Shown here one piece after another: positions 46,608 to 55,992 of a stretch of 64,000 nt of DNA. Within the stretch, counting starts at the first letter, position 1; every line of letters begins with the position of its first letter. Source of the DNA: Spirochaetales bacterium (GTDB taxonomy: Bacteria > Spirochaetota > Spirochaetia > JABEVK01). The position numbers were made by a program, and so were the translations under genes. The DNA lies in NCBI GenBank assembly GCA_037142615.1, contig JBAXAI010000001.1, positions 256,001 through 320,000 of the forward strand, in the 5' to 3' direction. The notes under the pieces are model-generated. The model made no database searches, was not told the DNA's origin, and saw only the letters and a list, made by a program, of their open reading frames with translations.

Positions 46608-48385
46608 GATGGAAGTTGAGGATAGGTCAACGAATCTTCGGAATGGTCGGGCTGAACGCGGTGTTGTTGACCCTTTTTGCGGCACTTTCACTGGCGTTTG
46701 TTCCGCAGGTCAACGACCTCTTCGAGCATTCGAGACAAATCATGGAACAGGAGAAGCTTGTCCAGAACCTCCAACTGGAGACTTCGAACATGTGGCAGTT
46801 CCTCACCGATGCCTCGCTGACGCGGAATCTCGATGCGATAGAGATCGATGCACAGAGTGCTTACGAGCGGTGTAAAACCTACCTTGAGAAGCTGCTCTTT
46901 CTTACTCAAAGTGCCGAAGCGTTTCGCAACGACCTGACCCAATACAAGGCTCATCTTGACGAGTTCTTTTCGGCAGGGAGAGACATGTTTACCTCGTATG
47001 GCACGAACACCGCATCCGGAAATGTGGCGATGACGAAGTTCGATGCCCAAGGTGCCAAGCTGCTTGATGACTTGAGTATCATTGTCCGTGACAGCAATGC
47101 TCTGGAAACAGGCCTTGACTCCGACTTCAAGGCGGGAGTTTCCTGGTACACGCTGCAGATTCTGGGAATCTTCGCGGCCGTACTCCTGATTCTGCTGGTT
47201 ACCGGTTTTTCACTTTCCACCATGTTGCGGCGCCCACTGGCTGACCTGAAGGAGAGCCTGCGTCTGTTGTCGCGTGACGGCGCTGCCCATGCCTTTGAGC
47301 TGACTCGGACCGGAAGCGATGAGCTGGGGCAGGTGACCGGTTTCTACAACTTGTTCCTGACGGGCATCAAGGAACGTGACCGCAGCCTGACCGACGTTGC
47401 CACGGCGGCGACGATGATTTCGGAGCGCTCCGAGCGCAAGGTGATGTTCCTGGAAGAGCTTTACCGAGCCATTGCCGACAACATCGAGAAGATCTTCCAG
47501 TCTCGCACCATGTCGCAGAACATTCTCGAGAACTACGTCGATTCCTTCCGTGACATCCGCAAGACCTTGAACCAGTCCATCATGAAGACCAAGAACCAGA
47601 ACTACTCCGTTCAGCAAGGTACCCAGACGGTAGTTGGGATTGTGAAGCAACTTGCGAGCATCGAAGCCTCGACAGCGGATCATCTGGCGGAGATGATGCA
47701 GCTTCGACAGCGTTCCGAGGATGGAACCCTAATTCTGCAAGAAAGCCGCCGAACTATCGACGGGATTCGTGAATCCACCAAAGAGCTCGAAAAAATAGCC
47801 GAAATCATCAACGACGTCTCGCAGAAGACAAACCTCTTGGCGATGAATGCCGCGATCGAAGCCGCCCACGCGGGCAATTCGGGCAAGGGTTTTGCCGTTG
47901 TTGCCGACGAGATACGGCGACTGGCCGAGACGACACAACTCAATGCGGAAATCATCACCGCCAACTCGCAGGTGATCACCAAAAAACTCTTGGTGGCCTC
48001 GGGGTTGAACAGCAAGGGAGTCGACGCGTTCCAAGACCTCAGGGATGAGTTCTTCCGCCTTTCGGAAGAGTTCTCCGCAATTACCCGGGACCTGGTTTCC
48101 ACTTCGCAGGATGCGGGTTCAATAGGCAACCAACTGACGGGTCTGAGCGAATCCACACAAACCCTGGAAGACACTACCCAAGGAGTTTCCCTCGGCACGG
48201 CGGGTATCGAAACGGCTCTTGCAGGGATTGCTGACCTCCTGAAGTCAACGAACAAAGACTATCTCGAAATCGAGCGCTACCTTTTCGACTTTGGAAAGGA
48301 ACTTCAAGAACTCAAAGACGCCGTTCTCGAAGAGAGGGAGAAGCAGACCCTCATGGAAGCTCAGATCAAGGCGGTTCGAAGGTGA
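46604..48385 (+). CDS. Methyl-accepting chemotaxis protein
   Basis: Two TMs, HAMP (SDELGQ), [32 protein letters not shown]; ATG 46604 overlaps the kinase stop. Confidence 0.9.
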   Translation: MRWKLRIGQRIFGMVGLNAVLLTLFAALSLAFVPQVNDLFEHSRQIMEQEKLVQNLQLETSNMWQFLTDASLTRNLDAIEIDAQSAYERCKTYLEKLLFLTQSAEAFRNDLTQYKAHLDEFFSAGRDMFTSYGTNTASGNVAMTKFDAQGAKLLDDLSIIVRDSNALETGLDSDFKAGVSWYTLQILGIFAAVLLILLVTGFSLSTMLRRPLADLKESLRLLSRDGAAHAFELTRTGSDELGQVTGFYNLFLTGIKERDRSLTDVATAATMISERSERKVMFLEELYRAIADNIEKIFQSRTMSQNILENYVDSFRDIRKTLNQSIMKTKNQNYSVQQGTQTVVGIVKQLASIEASTADHLAEMMQLRQRSEDGTLILQESRRTIDGIRESTKELEKIAEIINDVSQKTNLLAMNAAIEAAHAGNSGKGFAVVADEIRRLAETTQLNAEIITANSQVITKKLLVASGLNSKGVDAFQDLRDEFFRLSEEFSAITRDLVSTSQDAGSIGNQLTGLSESTQTLEDTTQGVSLGTAGIETALAGIADLLKSTNKDYLEIERYLFDFGKELQELKDAVLEEREKQTLMEAQIKAVRR

Positions 48386-49302
48386 TCAAGGTTAAGTCCT
48401 CGCGTGGAGACAAGGAGTACCTGATTGCCAGAGCGCGCGACAGGATGACGCAGTTTCTGATCGCGGATGGCACAGTTCGAGGAACCTGGGTTCAGGCCAA
48501 TCTGGTGCTGGAGGAAATGGCCCTCAACCATGCACTGGGCCCCTTTGAGACGCTCATTCTCGGACAGGCTTATGTTGCAGCATTGCTGATCTCGTCGACT
48601 CTGAAAGGGGAGGACCGTTTCCACCTGAGCATTTCGGTAGACGGCCCCGTGCGTGGATTCTCCGTTGAAGCCAACGCGTTCGGCGCGGTAAGGGGCTACC
48701 TGCTCGAGAATCCGATCAGGATTCCTGCCGAGTGGGGCGAAGCCACTTTGGCGCAGGTTTTGGGAAACGGGTCACTAACGGTGACCAGATACCTCGAGAA
48801 GAACACCCAACCCATGATGGGCACTGTCGAGTACCTTCCCAACTCGCTGGCCGAAAGTCTTGCCTACTACTATCAACAGTCCGAGCAGACCTCGACTGCC
48901 TTCTTGCTAAGTCTTCCTTTTGATCGGGAAGGCCACCTGCTCGGAGCCGGCGGGTTGATGCTGCAGGCGATGCCCGGGGTGAAGGCGGAGGTTTGGGACT
49001 CCATGGTGAGCCGGTTGAGTACTTTGCCCAGCGTTGGCGAAAACGCTGCCGAAAGTCACGATCCGTCGGCCCTGCTCCAATTTTGGTTTTCGGACGCTCA
49101 CCCTCAGATCCTTGACTCGAAACGTGTCGAGTTCTTTTGTCAGTGTTCCAAGGACAGGTTCTCTCAGGTGATGAAAACCTTGCCTGCGGACGACAGGGAA
49201 GAGATCCTCTCCCAAGGGCCTTTCCCGATGGAAACTAAATGCCACCACTGCAATTCTGCTTACTGGTTCAAGAAGACTGAGCTGGAGCAACTGTGGGCCT
49301 GA
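48382..49302 (+). CDS. hslO: Hsp33 redox-regulated chaperone
   Basis: [25 protein letters not shown]...CHHC zinc switch. Confidence 0.92.
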   Translation: MIKVKSSRGDKEYLIARARDRMTQFLIADGTVRGTWVQANLVLEEMALNHALGPFETLILGQAYVAALLISSTLKGEDRFHLSISVDGPVRGFSVEANAFGAVRGYLLENPIRIPAEWGEATLAQVLGNGSLTVTRYLEKNTQPMMGTVEYLPNSLAESLAYYYQQSEQTSTAFLLSLPFDREGHLLGAGGLMLQAMPGVKAEVWDSMVSRLSTLPSVGENAAESHDPSALLQFWFSDAHPQILDSKRVEFFCQCSKDRFSQVMKTLPADDREEILSQGPFPMETKCHHCNSAYWFKKTELEQLWA

Positions 49303-50288
49303 GCGCGAGGGGACTCTTTCACGTAGCTCCTCTGCAGGTAGAAGTCCGTCCCGTCGAACTTCGGCCTTTGAGCTCTGTGAGTCTGACGCTGAAGACTGAT
49401 TTCTCGGCGATCAGCTCAGGAACAGAGCGCCTTCTTTTCACGGGTCAGTTTCCCGAGGAACTCGAGCTCGATGCTGTGATCCCAGAGCTCCAAAGGGCAA
49501 TCGGCTATCCGTTTGCCTATGGTTATAGCCTTGTGGGACGTTGTGTCGAAGTCGGGACGAAGGTTGACCCGGTACTTCTGGGAAAGAGTTTCTTCGCCTT
49601 TCATCCCCATCAGGACGTCTGCCGTTTGCCGCTGGAGAGGGTCATGCCGGTTCCCGACGAGATTCCCCTGCGAAGGGCGCTGTTTTACCCCTTTCTTGAG
49701 ACCGCAATAACCCTGGTGCTCGACGCGGCGCCTCTCTGGGGTGAACGGGTTGCTGTTTTCGGTCTGGGAACGATAGGACTGCTGGTGACACGTATCTTGA
49801 GCAAGTTCCCACTGGCCAATCTCACGGCTTTTGAGCCACAATCTGCCCGCAGGACCCGTGGACTCGCAGCCGGGGCCTCGGTCTGCCTGTCAGGACCTCA
49901 CGAATCTGGCACCGACAACTTTGACGTGGTGATCGAACTGTCGGGGACACAACAAGGACTGAGCGAGGCTTTCAGGGTCGTTGGCTTTTCGGGCAGGATT
50001 GTTTCAGGGTCTTGGCACGGCCAGTCCCCGGTGGATTCCGGAGCACGAACCGCGTTTCATCGCAAACGGGTCACGCTCATTTCCAGTCAAGTCAGCACAA
50101 TCGCGCCTGCCTTGAGTGCGCGCTGGACCAAGGAACGACGGGCCGCCCAAACTTGGCAACTGCTTGCCATCACGGACTTGGAGTCCGACATCGCGGCTGA
50201 AGTCCCGTTCGAGGATTCCGCTGAAGCGTTCCGTTCACTGATCTCCGGAGCAGCTTCGGGGCAGATCGTTCTGACCTACCCCGAATGA
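49293..50288 (+). CDS. MDR-superfamily oxidoreductase lacking catalytic Zn ligands
   Basis: SAISSGTE, YGYS.VG, FHPHQ, G.G.IG Rossmann motif, SSQVS. Confidence 0.8.
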   Translation: MGLSARGLFHVAPLQVEVRPVELRPLSSVSLTLKTDFSAISSGTERLLFTGQFPEELELDAVIPELQRAIGYPFAYGYSLVGRCVEVGTKVDPVLLGKSFFAFHPHQDVCRLPLERVMPVPDEIPLRRALFYPFLETAITLVLDAAPLWGERVAVFGLGTIGLLVTRILSKFPLANLTAFEPQSARRTRGLAAGASVCLSGPHESGTDNFDVVIELSGTQQGLSEAFRVVGFSGRIVSGSWHGQSPVDSGARTAFHRKRVTLISSQVSTIAPALSARWTKERRAAQTWQLLAITDLESDIAAEVPFEDSAEAFRSLISGAASGQIVLTYPE

Positions 50289-50292
50289 CCTG

Positions 50293-51642
50293 CTAACGGA
50301 GTTCGTTCACAACGTCGACGACCGACTTAGGCGCCAACGTTGTGGTTTTTCCAGCAACGACGGTGACCTTGGCCTCAACAGCGACGGGACCCGCTTCGAG
50401 CCGGATCTTATAGGTTCCTTGGGGGAGGCCCAGAAGTAAAGGCTTGTCTTTCTGTTCCACATCGTTCACGAAGACCCTTACCAAGCGCTGATTAGCGGCC
50501 TGGATCCAACCATCGGTCTTGATTTGGATGGTTCCAAGCTCGGGTATCAGGCCAACGCTGATCGAGGTCGGATTGGCAGGCATGTCAAACTGCTGGTTAT
50601 ACATCTGGTATCCCAATGCGGTCACAACCAGATTATGGATTCCAGGAGTAACCGAAACCGGGTTTGAAACCACCTGCTGGTTGTCGATCGTGATAAGCGC
50701 ACCAGGGACGTTCACGGCAACATTCAGGGCGAACAAGGCGGGAACCAAAGTGATGTTCAGGATGTTGGGCTGGGCCTGCATCGTGAATTGTAGCGAGTAA
50801 GGTTGGTACCCTGGGGCGGTGACGAGAAGAGTGTGGTTACCTTGGGCAAGGGCGACGGGAAATGCCGGTACCGGTGTATTATCAATCTGCACGTTGGCCC
50901 CGTTCACGTTGGTCCGCACCGTCAACGGAAAGCTGGCCGGCTGAAGCGTCACCGTCATGTTGATGCCGCGGGCACCCATCGAGATATTCTGGGTGAAGGG
51001 CTGAAAACCGGGCGCAGTGACGGTCAAAGTATGGGGCCCAGCGCTGATCATCGAGGGGATGGTGATTGCCGTGTTGTCGACGAGGATTGTGGCTCCGGGT
51101 ACGTTGACGCTGACATTGAGCGGGAATCCAGCGGCCTGCAACGTGACATTGATGGTTTGGGCGCCTGCGGGCATGTTGAACGACTGATTCCACGGGCTGA
51201 AGCCCATCGCAGTTACGGTGAGCGTGTGGTTGCCCGCCGTCAGCGCGACAGGGTTGGAGGCTATGGCCTGGTTGTCAATCAGAATCTGAGCCCCCGGAAC
51301 ATTGACGGCGATACTCAGGGGGAAGGACCTCACCACAGGGGCCGCAGGAAGCACCGGATTGTAGGGTATTGTCGTATCACCGTTGATCTTGGCGTTGACG
51401 GTATTGACCGGCTGCCCAGGGACCAGGAAGCCCAGCACGTGCTGACCAGGCTTGACGTAAACCGTGAACGGGATAGTTCCGGCATCCTGTCCGTCGATGG
51501 TGACCTGCACGTTGGCCAAATTGGATTGAAACTCAAGTTTGAAAAGGCCTAGGGCCTTCTGGGACGAAAAGGCCTGACCGGCCAAGCCAACCGAGCAGAA
51601 CAACACGGTCAGAGCGGCAAGCATCAAAACGGGTTTTTTCAT
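50293..51642 (-). CDS. Exported PEGA-repeat protein (about 6 domains)
   Basis: Signal peptide; four central ~63 aa repeats F.L.V.VNV.GA.I.IDN...G.HTL.VTA.G[FY]; SD AGGAG. Confidence 0.85.
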   Translation of the reverse strand: MKKPVLMLAALTVLFCSVGLAGQAFSSQKALGLFKLEFQSNLANVQVTIDGQDAGTIPFTVYVKPGQHVLGFLVPGQPVNTVNAKINGDTTIPYNPVLPAAPVVRSFPLSIAVNVPGAQILIDNQAIASNPVALTAGNHTLTVTAMGFSPWNQSFNMPAGAQTINVTLQAAGFPLNVSVNVPGATILVDNTAITIPSMISAGPHTLTVTAPGFQPFTQNISMGARGINMTVTLQPASFPLTVRTNVNGANVQIDNTPVPAFPVALAQGNHTLLVTAPGYQPYSLQFTMQAQPNILNITLVPALFALNVAVNVPGALITIDNQQVVSNPVSVTPGIHNLVVTALGYQMYNQQFDMPANPTSISVGLIPELGTIQIKTDGWIQAANQRLVRVFVNDVEQKDKPLLLGLPQGTYKIRLEAGPVAVEAKVTVVAGKTTTLAPKSVVDVVNELR

Positions 51643-51698
51643 GGACACTCCTTGGACAAACAATTCAGCTTCTTATTATACCTTTGCGGCCGAGAAAA

Positions 51699-52517
51699 TC
51701 AAGGAACAGGAAGTTCAACAGGCCGCAGAGTCCCGGTACCTTTGGAGGTCCAATCAATATTGGAATACCGTGCATACGCCCATTGATCGGCTCGTTCTGT
51801 CTCGGCAGGGCCAAGGTTCGAAGGCTCAAGAAGGATTCCCAGACACAATTCGAGGTTACTGGCCAAGCGATCCCCTAGCGCGTCTGTCGCCTCACGATAG
51901 CCCAGGGAATCCAGATCGGTCACTTTTTCTGGAACCGGGAGAAACTCTGGGGCGAAGAGAGTTCCCAGGGCTGACCAATCCAGTCGGAAAGGGATCGAGC
52001 CGTGCTGGAAAACGAACCCGCGCTCGCGCCTCTGGGCGTTGCCGCCAAGTTTTCGGCCGTCCACAAGAATGTCGTACGCTTCGGTTCCCGCGAAACAGGC
52101 GGGAGTCACAGCGCCAAGACTAGGGGCAGGCCCGAGGTCCTTCGCGAAACCGGCCTCGTAGCCCAATTCCTTCCAAGTAGCGAGAAGGAAACCGCACAGG
52201 CGCTCATAAGTCGCCTTGACCCCGGAGGTGTCCAAGTCCTCGGCGCGAAACCCCAGACTATAGGTCAATTCCCGGTCGTGCCAGATGGCGCCGCCTCCGG
52301 TACTGCGCCGAACGACCGGAAACCGGTCGAGCACTCCCGGCAATAATCCCGTCGAGGTGTTCTGAAACCGCCCCAGCGAGAGGCAGGCAGGTTCCCAAGT
52401 GTAGAGGCGAAAAAAGGGTTGGAACTGCCGGGACATCGACTCGAGCAGTGTGTGATCGACCGCCATGTTCCACGCCCCGGAAGCGGAGCCGGAACGCAGG
52501 AAGCGCCATTTCGTCAT
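51699..52517 (-). CDS. Lipoate-protein ligase family protein (single-domain, LipM-like octanoyltransferase)
   Basis: NMAVD, RLY.W...LSLG.FQ, RRSTGGGA..HD, CF, KLGGNAQ, QHGSI; ATG 52517 overlaps the gcvH stop. Confidence 0.88.
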   Translation of the reverse strand: MTKWRFLRSGSASGAWNMAVDHTLLESMSRQFQPFFRLYTWEPACLSLGRFQNTSTGLLPGVLDRFPVVRRSTGGGAIWHDRELTYSLGFRAEDLDTSGVKATYERLCGFLLATWKELGYEAGFAKDLGPAPSLGAVTPACFAGTEAYDILVDGRKLGGNAQRRERGFVFQHGSIPFRLDWSALGTLFAPEFLPVPEKVTDLDSLGYREATDALGDRLASNLELCLGILLEPSNLGPAETERADQWAYARYSNIDWTSKGTGTLRPVELPVP

Positions 52518-52882
52518 TCCCGATGGACCTTTGCTCTCCAGGCCACCTCGGTAAGGAGGGGTTCGAGGTCTCCTGGAACAACGTTTGCCAGCTCGATGAG
52601 CCATGCCTCACCTTCGGGGTCCTGATTGAGCAGTCCAGGGTTTCCAGACACCGCGGCGTTTACCAAGCGGACGGTTCCCGAGACCGGCGGGTGAAAGTCC
52701 GTGGCTGCCTTTACGGCTTCGATGACTGCTGCGGGGGAGTCGGGAGCAACTCTGGTGCCGACGAGAGGCAACTCTATGAACGTGACGTCGCCAAGATCGC
52801 TGACATTTTCGACGGAAAGTCCGACGCGCCAGCCCGATTCCACGGCTTCGACCCATTCTCCGGAGAGCGAGAAAAGCTTCAT
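52514..52882 (-). CDS. gcvH: Glycine cleavage H-like lipoyl carrier protein
   Basis: EWV, LGDVTFIELP, IEAVKA (lipoyl-Lys), PVSG.V..VN, N.DP...AWL. Confidence 0.9.
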   Translation of the reverse strand: MKLFSLSGEWVEAVESGWRVGLSVENVSDLGDVTFIELPLVGTRVAPDSPAAVIEAVKAATDFHPPVSGTVRLVNAAVSGNPGLLNQDPEGEAWLIELANVVPGDLEPLLTEVAWRAKVHRE

Positions 52883-53757
52883 AGGTCTTGTACCTCCGAG
52901 GCACGGTAGGAGCTTCTTACCAGCGGACCCGAAGCGACGTGCCGGAAACCCAGCGAAAGGGCACTTCGCTTCAGCTGAACAAACTCCTCAGGCGTGTAGA
53001 ATTTACGCACCTCGAGGTGATGAACGGTCGGTTGCAAGTACTGCCCCAAGGTCAGGAAATCTGTGCCGACGGTGCGGAGGTCCTTCATTGCCTCCAAAAG
53101 TTCCTCCGTGGATTCACCAAGTCCCACCATCAGGCTGGACTTGGTCTTCAGACCACGGGACTTGTAAAAAGAAAGGCAAGCCAGAGTCTTTTCGTAACCG
53201 GCCCGCACGTCGCGCACAGGATGGGTCAGGCGCCGCACGGTCTCGAGATTCTGGGCGGCGATGTAGGGTTGGCTATCGGCTAGGATCGCCATTCTCGCCG
53301 GATCCGCGCCGAAGTCGGGCACCAAAGCTTCCACTTTTGTCGCAGGGTGTGCCCGGTGCACCGCGTCAATCACGTCGGCAAAATGCTGGGCACCGTGGTC
53401 GGGTAGATCGTCACGGTCGACGCTGGTGATGACCACATGCGACAATCCCATGAAAGTAACCAACTCCACCGTGGATTGCACTTCCCGGGCCTCAACGAGT
53501 CCTGCCGGGTGCCCTGTCTTGACGTGGCAGAAGCGGCAACCCCGGGTGCACGTGTCCCCCAAGATCATGATTGTGGCCGTGTGACTGCTCCAGCATTCGT
53601 TGAGGTTCGGGCATGAAGCTTCGACACAAACGGTGTGTAGTCCCTTTTCCCTCAAATTGGACCTCAGATCGTGAAACTCATCGCTGCGTCTTCCCTGAAC
53701 TTTGAGCCAGTCAGGTTTTCGAAGTTGGGCAAGTTCAGACAAAGAAGCTCTCCTCAT
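52879..53757 (-). CDS. lipA: Lipoyl synthase (radical SAM)
   Basis: KPDWLK, CVEASCPN..EC, CTRGCRFC, TSVDRDDL, GQYLQP, RSSY. Confidence 0.96.
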   Translation of the reverse strand: MRRASLSELAQLRKPDWLKVQGRRSDEFHDLRSNLREKGLHTVCVEASCPNLNECWSSHTATIMILGDTCTRGCRFCHVKTGHPAGLVEAREVQSTVELVTFMGLSHVVITSVDRDDLPDHGAQHFADVIDAVHRAHPATKVEALVPDFGADPARMAILADSQPYIAAQNLETVRRLTHPVRDVRAGYEKTLACLSFYKSRGLKTKSSLMVGLGESTEELLEAMKDLRTVGTDFLTLGQYLQPTVHHLEVRKFYTPEEFVQLKRSALSLGFRHVASGPLVRSSYRASEVQDL

Positions 53758-54367
53758 GGATGCGTGCTGGTTCTATCCCGAGCGTAGCCAATTGCTCGCT
53801 GCAACTCTGGATCATCCGGGGGTTCCCGCAAAGATAATACTGATGACCGGGTCCAATCGGAAAGCTCTCGTTCACACGGATGTGGCGTCGAGGCTCTTCC
53901 CGTGAGAAGTACCACTGAACGTCACATCGACTTTCCAGAAACTCGCTGAAAAGGGCTTCTGCCCGACTTCTGACCCCGAAGTACAGCCTGGGCCTGAAGT
54001 TCGAGGGGCCGCGCAGGCAGGCGACAAATGGCGAAATACCAGTTCCCGTCGCCAGCCAGACCTCGGATTCGGATTGGCCAGGCGCAAACCCGCCAAAGGG
54101 TGTCCCCAAACCTACGAGGTCACCAGGCCTGCGACTAGCCAGCCAGGTACTGAACTGCCCCTCTGACGGGACGGTGGCAGGACTCCGGATCAAGAAGCGA
54201 AGCTCCGACTGCGAAGGGTGGGACGAAAAACTGTAGGGCCTCGAGTCTACCCCGTCGTCGCGAATCAGCAGGGTGCAGTCGCCCGCACGATACTCCAAAC
54301 CCTCCCGGCTCACTACCAGCTCAAAGACCTCGGTTGTCAGCCAATGGGTAGAACGGACAATCGCCAA
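53735..54367 (-). CDS. Ferredoxin/flavodoxin-NADP+ reductase-like flavoprotein (paralog 3)
   Basis: YRAGD, RPYS, G..S, PFG.F, ATGTGISPF, LCGN, C-terminal ESFFV. Confidence 0.85.
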   Translation of the reverse strand: MAIVRSTHWLTTEVFELVVSREGLEYRAGDCTLLIRDDGVDSRPYSFSSHPSQSELRFLIRSPATVPSEGQFSTWLASRRPGDLVGLGTPFGGFAPGQSESEVWLATGTGISPFVACLRGPSNFRPRLYFGVRSRAEALFSEFLESRCDVQWYFSREEPRRHIRVNESFPIGPGHQYYLCGNPRMIQSCSEQLATLGIEPARIHEESFFV

Positions 54368-54373
54368 TCGGGC

Positions 54374-54652
54374 CTACTCACGCTTTCCGGTCACTTTGAT
54401 CACGTGGTAGCCGAAACTTGTCGAAACCACGTCGCTCAGGCTCCCAACGCCCAGGCGCCGAACTGCCGCCTCAAAGGCGGGCACCATTTTGCCTGCGCCA
54501 AACCAACCCAGATCGCCACCGGAAGTCCGTGAAGGGCAGGTCGAATGTTCGCGGGCCAGCGATTCAAAGGACGCGCCCTGCTTAAGCCGCTTGAGCACCT
54601 CCGTTGCGAGATTTCTATCCCTAACGAGGATATGACTGGCTTTCCACTCCAT
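54374..54652 (-). CDS. ppiC: Parvulin-type peptidyl-prolyl isomerase
   Basis: ASHILV, F..LA..HS.CPS...GGDLGWF..G.MV..FE, FGYHVI; 92 aa. Confidence 0.93.
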   Translation of the reverse strand: MEWKASHILVRDRNLATEVLKRLKQGASFESLAREHSTCPSRTSGGDLGWFGAGKMVPAFEAAVRRLGVGSLSDVVSTSFGYHVIKVTGKRE

Positions 54653-55917
54653 TACAGTGCCTCCAACACGCAAGTCGAAGGAACGAGGAGAAACTCGGGC
54701 CCTTCAAAGTTCTCCCAGCTCCCAATTTCGCGCGAGAACTGGGCCCGTGACAGCGCATCACGTAGGTTTCCCTTCAGAGCGAAGCCGAAGACGGGCGTCT
54801 TGTGTGAACCTGAATGAAAGTCCGCTAGTTCCACTTCCGCCACAAACTCGCCTGTGCTTTCCTCAATGTCCGCTGTCCTGAGCCGATGAACTTCGAGAAC
54901 CTCTTGGCCGGCAAGTTGCCGGAGGTCCGCTGTACCGGGGGAAACAGCGAGATTGCGGTTGAGCCCGGTGAGGGGCACGCCAAGCCAGTGGGCCGTTTCC
55001 TGATTGGTCAGGAAGTTCTGCACAACGCCGTCTTTGACGAGCGATTGGGTTTTGAGGATGGTCCCCTGATCATCAAAGAGCGCAGTTTCCGGTGAATCAT
55101 ACAAGAGCACCAGCGCGTTGAGAGTCACCAGATCCCCCGTCGATTCGCGACCCCAGAGCGTTTGAGCCCTCGTCAGGGTTGAAGCTCCGGAATAGAGGGA
55201 CGGCCCTCTTAGTTGACGCATCACATAGGCGAAAACCTGCTGTACGGCCTGCCCACGGATCACTACCGGGAACTCCTTTCGGGGTCGGGCAAAAGGAACC
55301 GCTCGCGAGGTTCCCAGCGTCAAGCGCCCTTGCTCTTTGAGGAAGTTCGAAAAAAGGGCCGGCGAAAACTCAGAAAAGTGAAGCTCCCCATGGAAAGGGT
55401 GAGCTTCCGGTTGCCCTTTCGGCAACAGGAACACCTCGAGATACCCCACATAGCGAATGTCGTCGAGCTCGTGGCCGGACGAATCTCGATACCTCAATTC
55501 CTGTCGGCTCAGGCGTATGAATTCATTCTGGAGCTCGAAATCGTTGCCGGCCACCGCCTCGAGAAGGGTCTGACGAATGGGCTCTATCCAGTCGGTCAGG
55601 GCCTGCTTTGAGAGGCTGGAGGTCTTGGAAGGCAGGGAACCCGGACGCTCCAAACTGACTGGATACCAAGGGTCACTACCCAACTCGGCCCGTTGTTCCG
55701 CCTCCGCCAATTGCTGGCCAGGAGGGAATCTCAGGTCTGATCCAGGCACTTCAAAAGAGGCCTTTCCTGTGAACTTTCTCCCGTCGCGAAAAAAATCACG
55801 ATACACCGTGAAGGTGGTGTCAACCGCCGTCTCTTCGTGGACCGACAGACCCTCCACCTTCGGGTGCGAGGCATGAACCGTCGAGGAATAGGTACTCAGG
55901 CTTTTCCAAGGATTCAT
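54652..55917 (-). CDS. Divergent TldD/PmbA-family protein (PmbA/TldE-like)
   Basis: Length ~420 aa; FDDQG..(x)..LVKDGV, TG...NL.V.PG, D..TGEF, GNL.D; no HExxxH. Confidence 0.6.
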   Translation of the reverse strand: MNPWKSLSTYSSTVHASHPKVEGLSVHEETAVDTTFTVYRDFFRDGRKFTGKASFEVPGSDLRFPPGQQLAEAEQRAELGSDPWYPVSLERPGSLPSKTSSLSKQALTDWIEPIRQTLLEAVAGNDFELQNEFIRLSRQELRYRDSSGHELDDIRYVGYLEVFLLPKGQPEAHPFHGELHFSEFSPALFSNFLKEQGRLTLGTSRAVPFARPRKEFPVVIRGQAVQQVFAYVMRQLRGPSLYSGASTLTRAQTLWGRESTGDLVTLNALVLLYDSPETALFDDQGTILKTQSLVKDGVVQNFLTNQETAHWLGVPLTGLNRNLAVSPGTADLRQLAGQEVLEVHRLRTADIEESTGEFVAEVELADFHSGSHKTPVFGFALKGNLRDALSRAQFSREIGSWENFEGPEFLLVPSTCVLEAL

Positions 55918-55980
55918 GGGGGCCTCCCTTTTGAGCATGGTCCGGGTATGCGACCTTGGTCAAGAGCACCAAAATTGCGG

Positions 55981-55986
55981 TATACT
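55981..55986 (+). promoter_or_regulatory. -10 box 6 nt before ATG 55993; probable leaderless start
   Basis: TATACT-caccag-ATG; no SD. Confidence 0.55.
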
Positions 55987-55992
55987 CACCAG

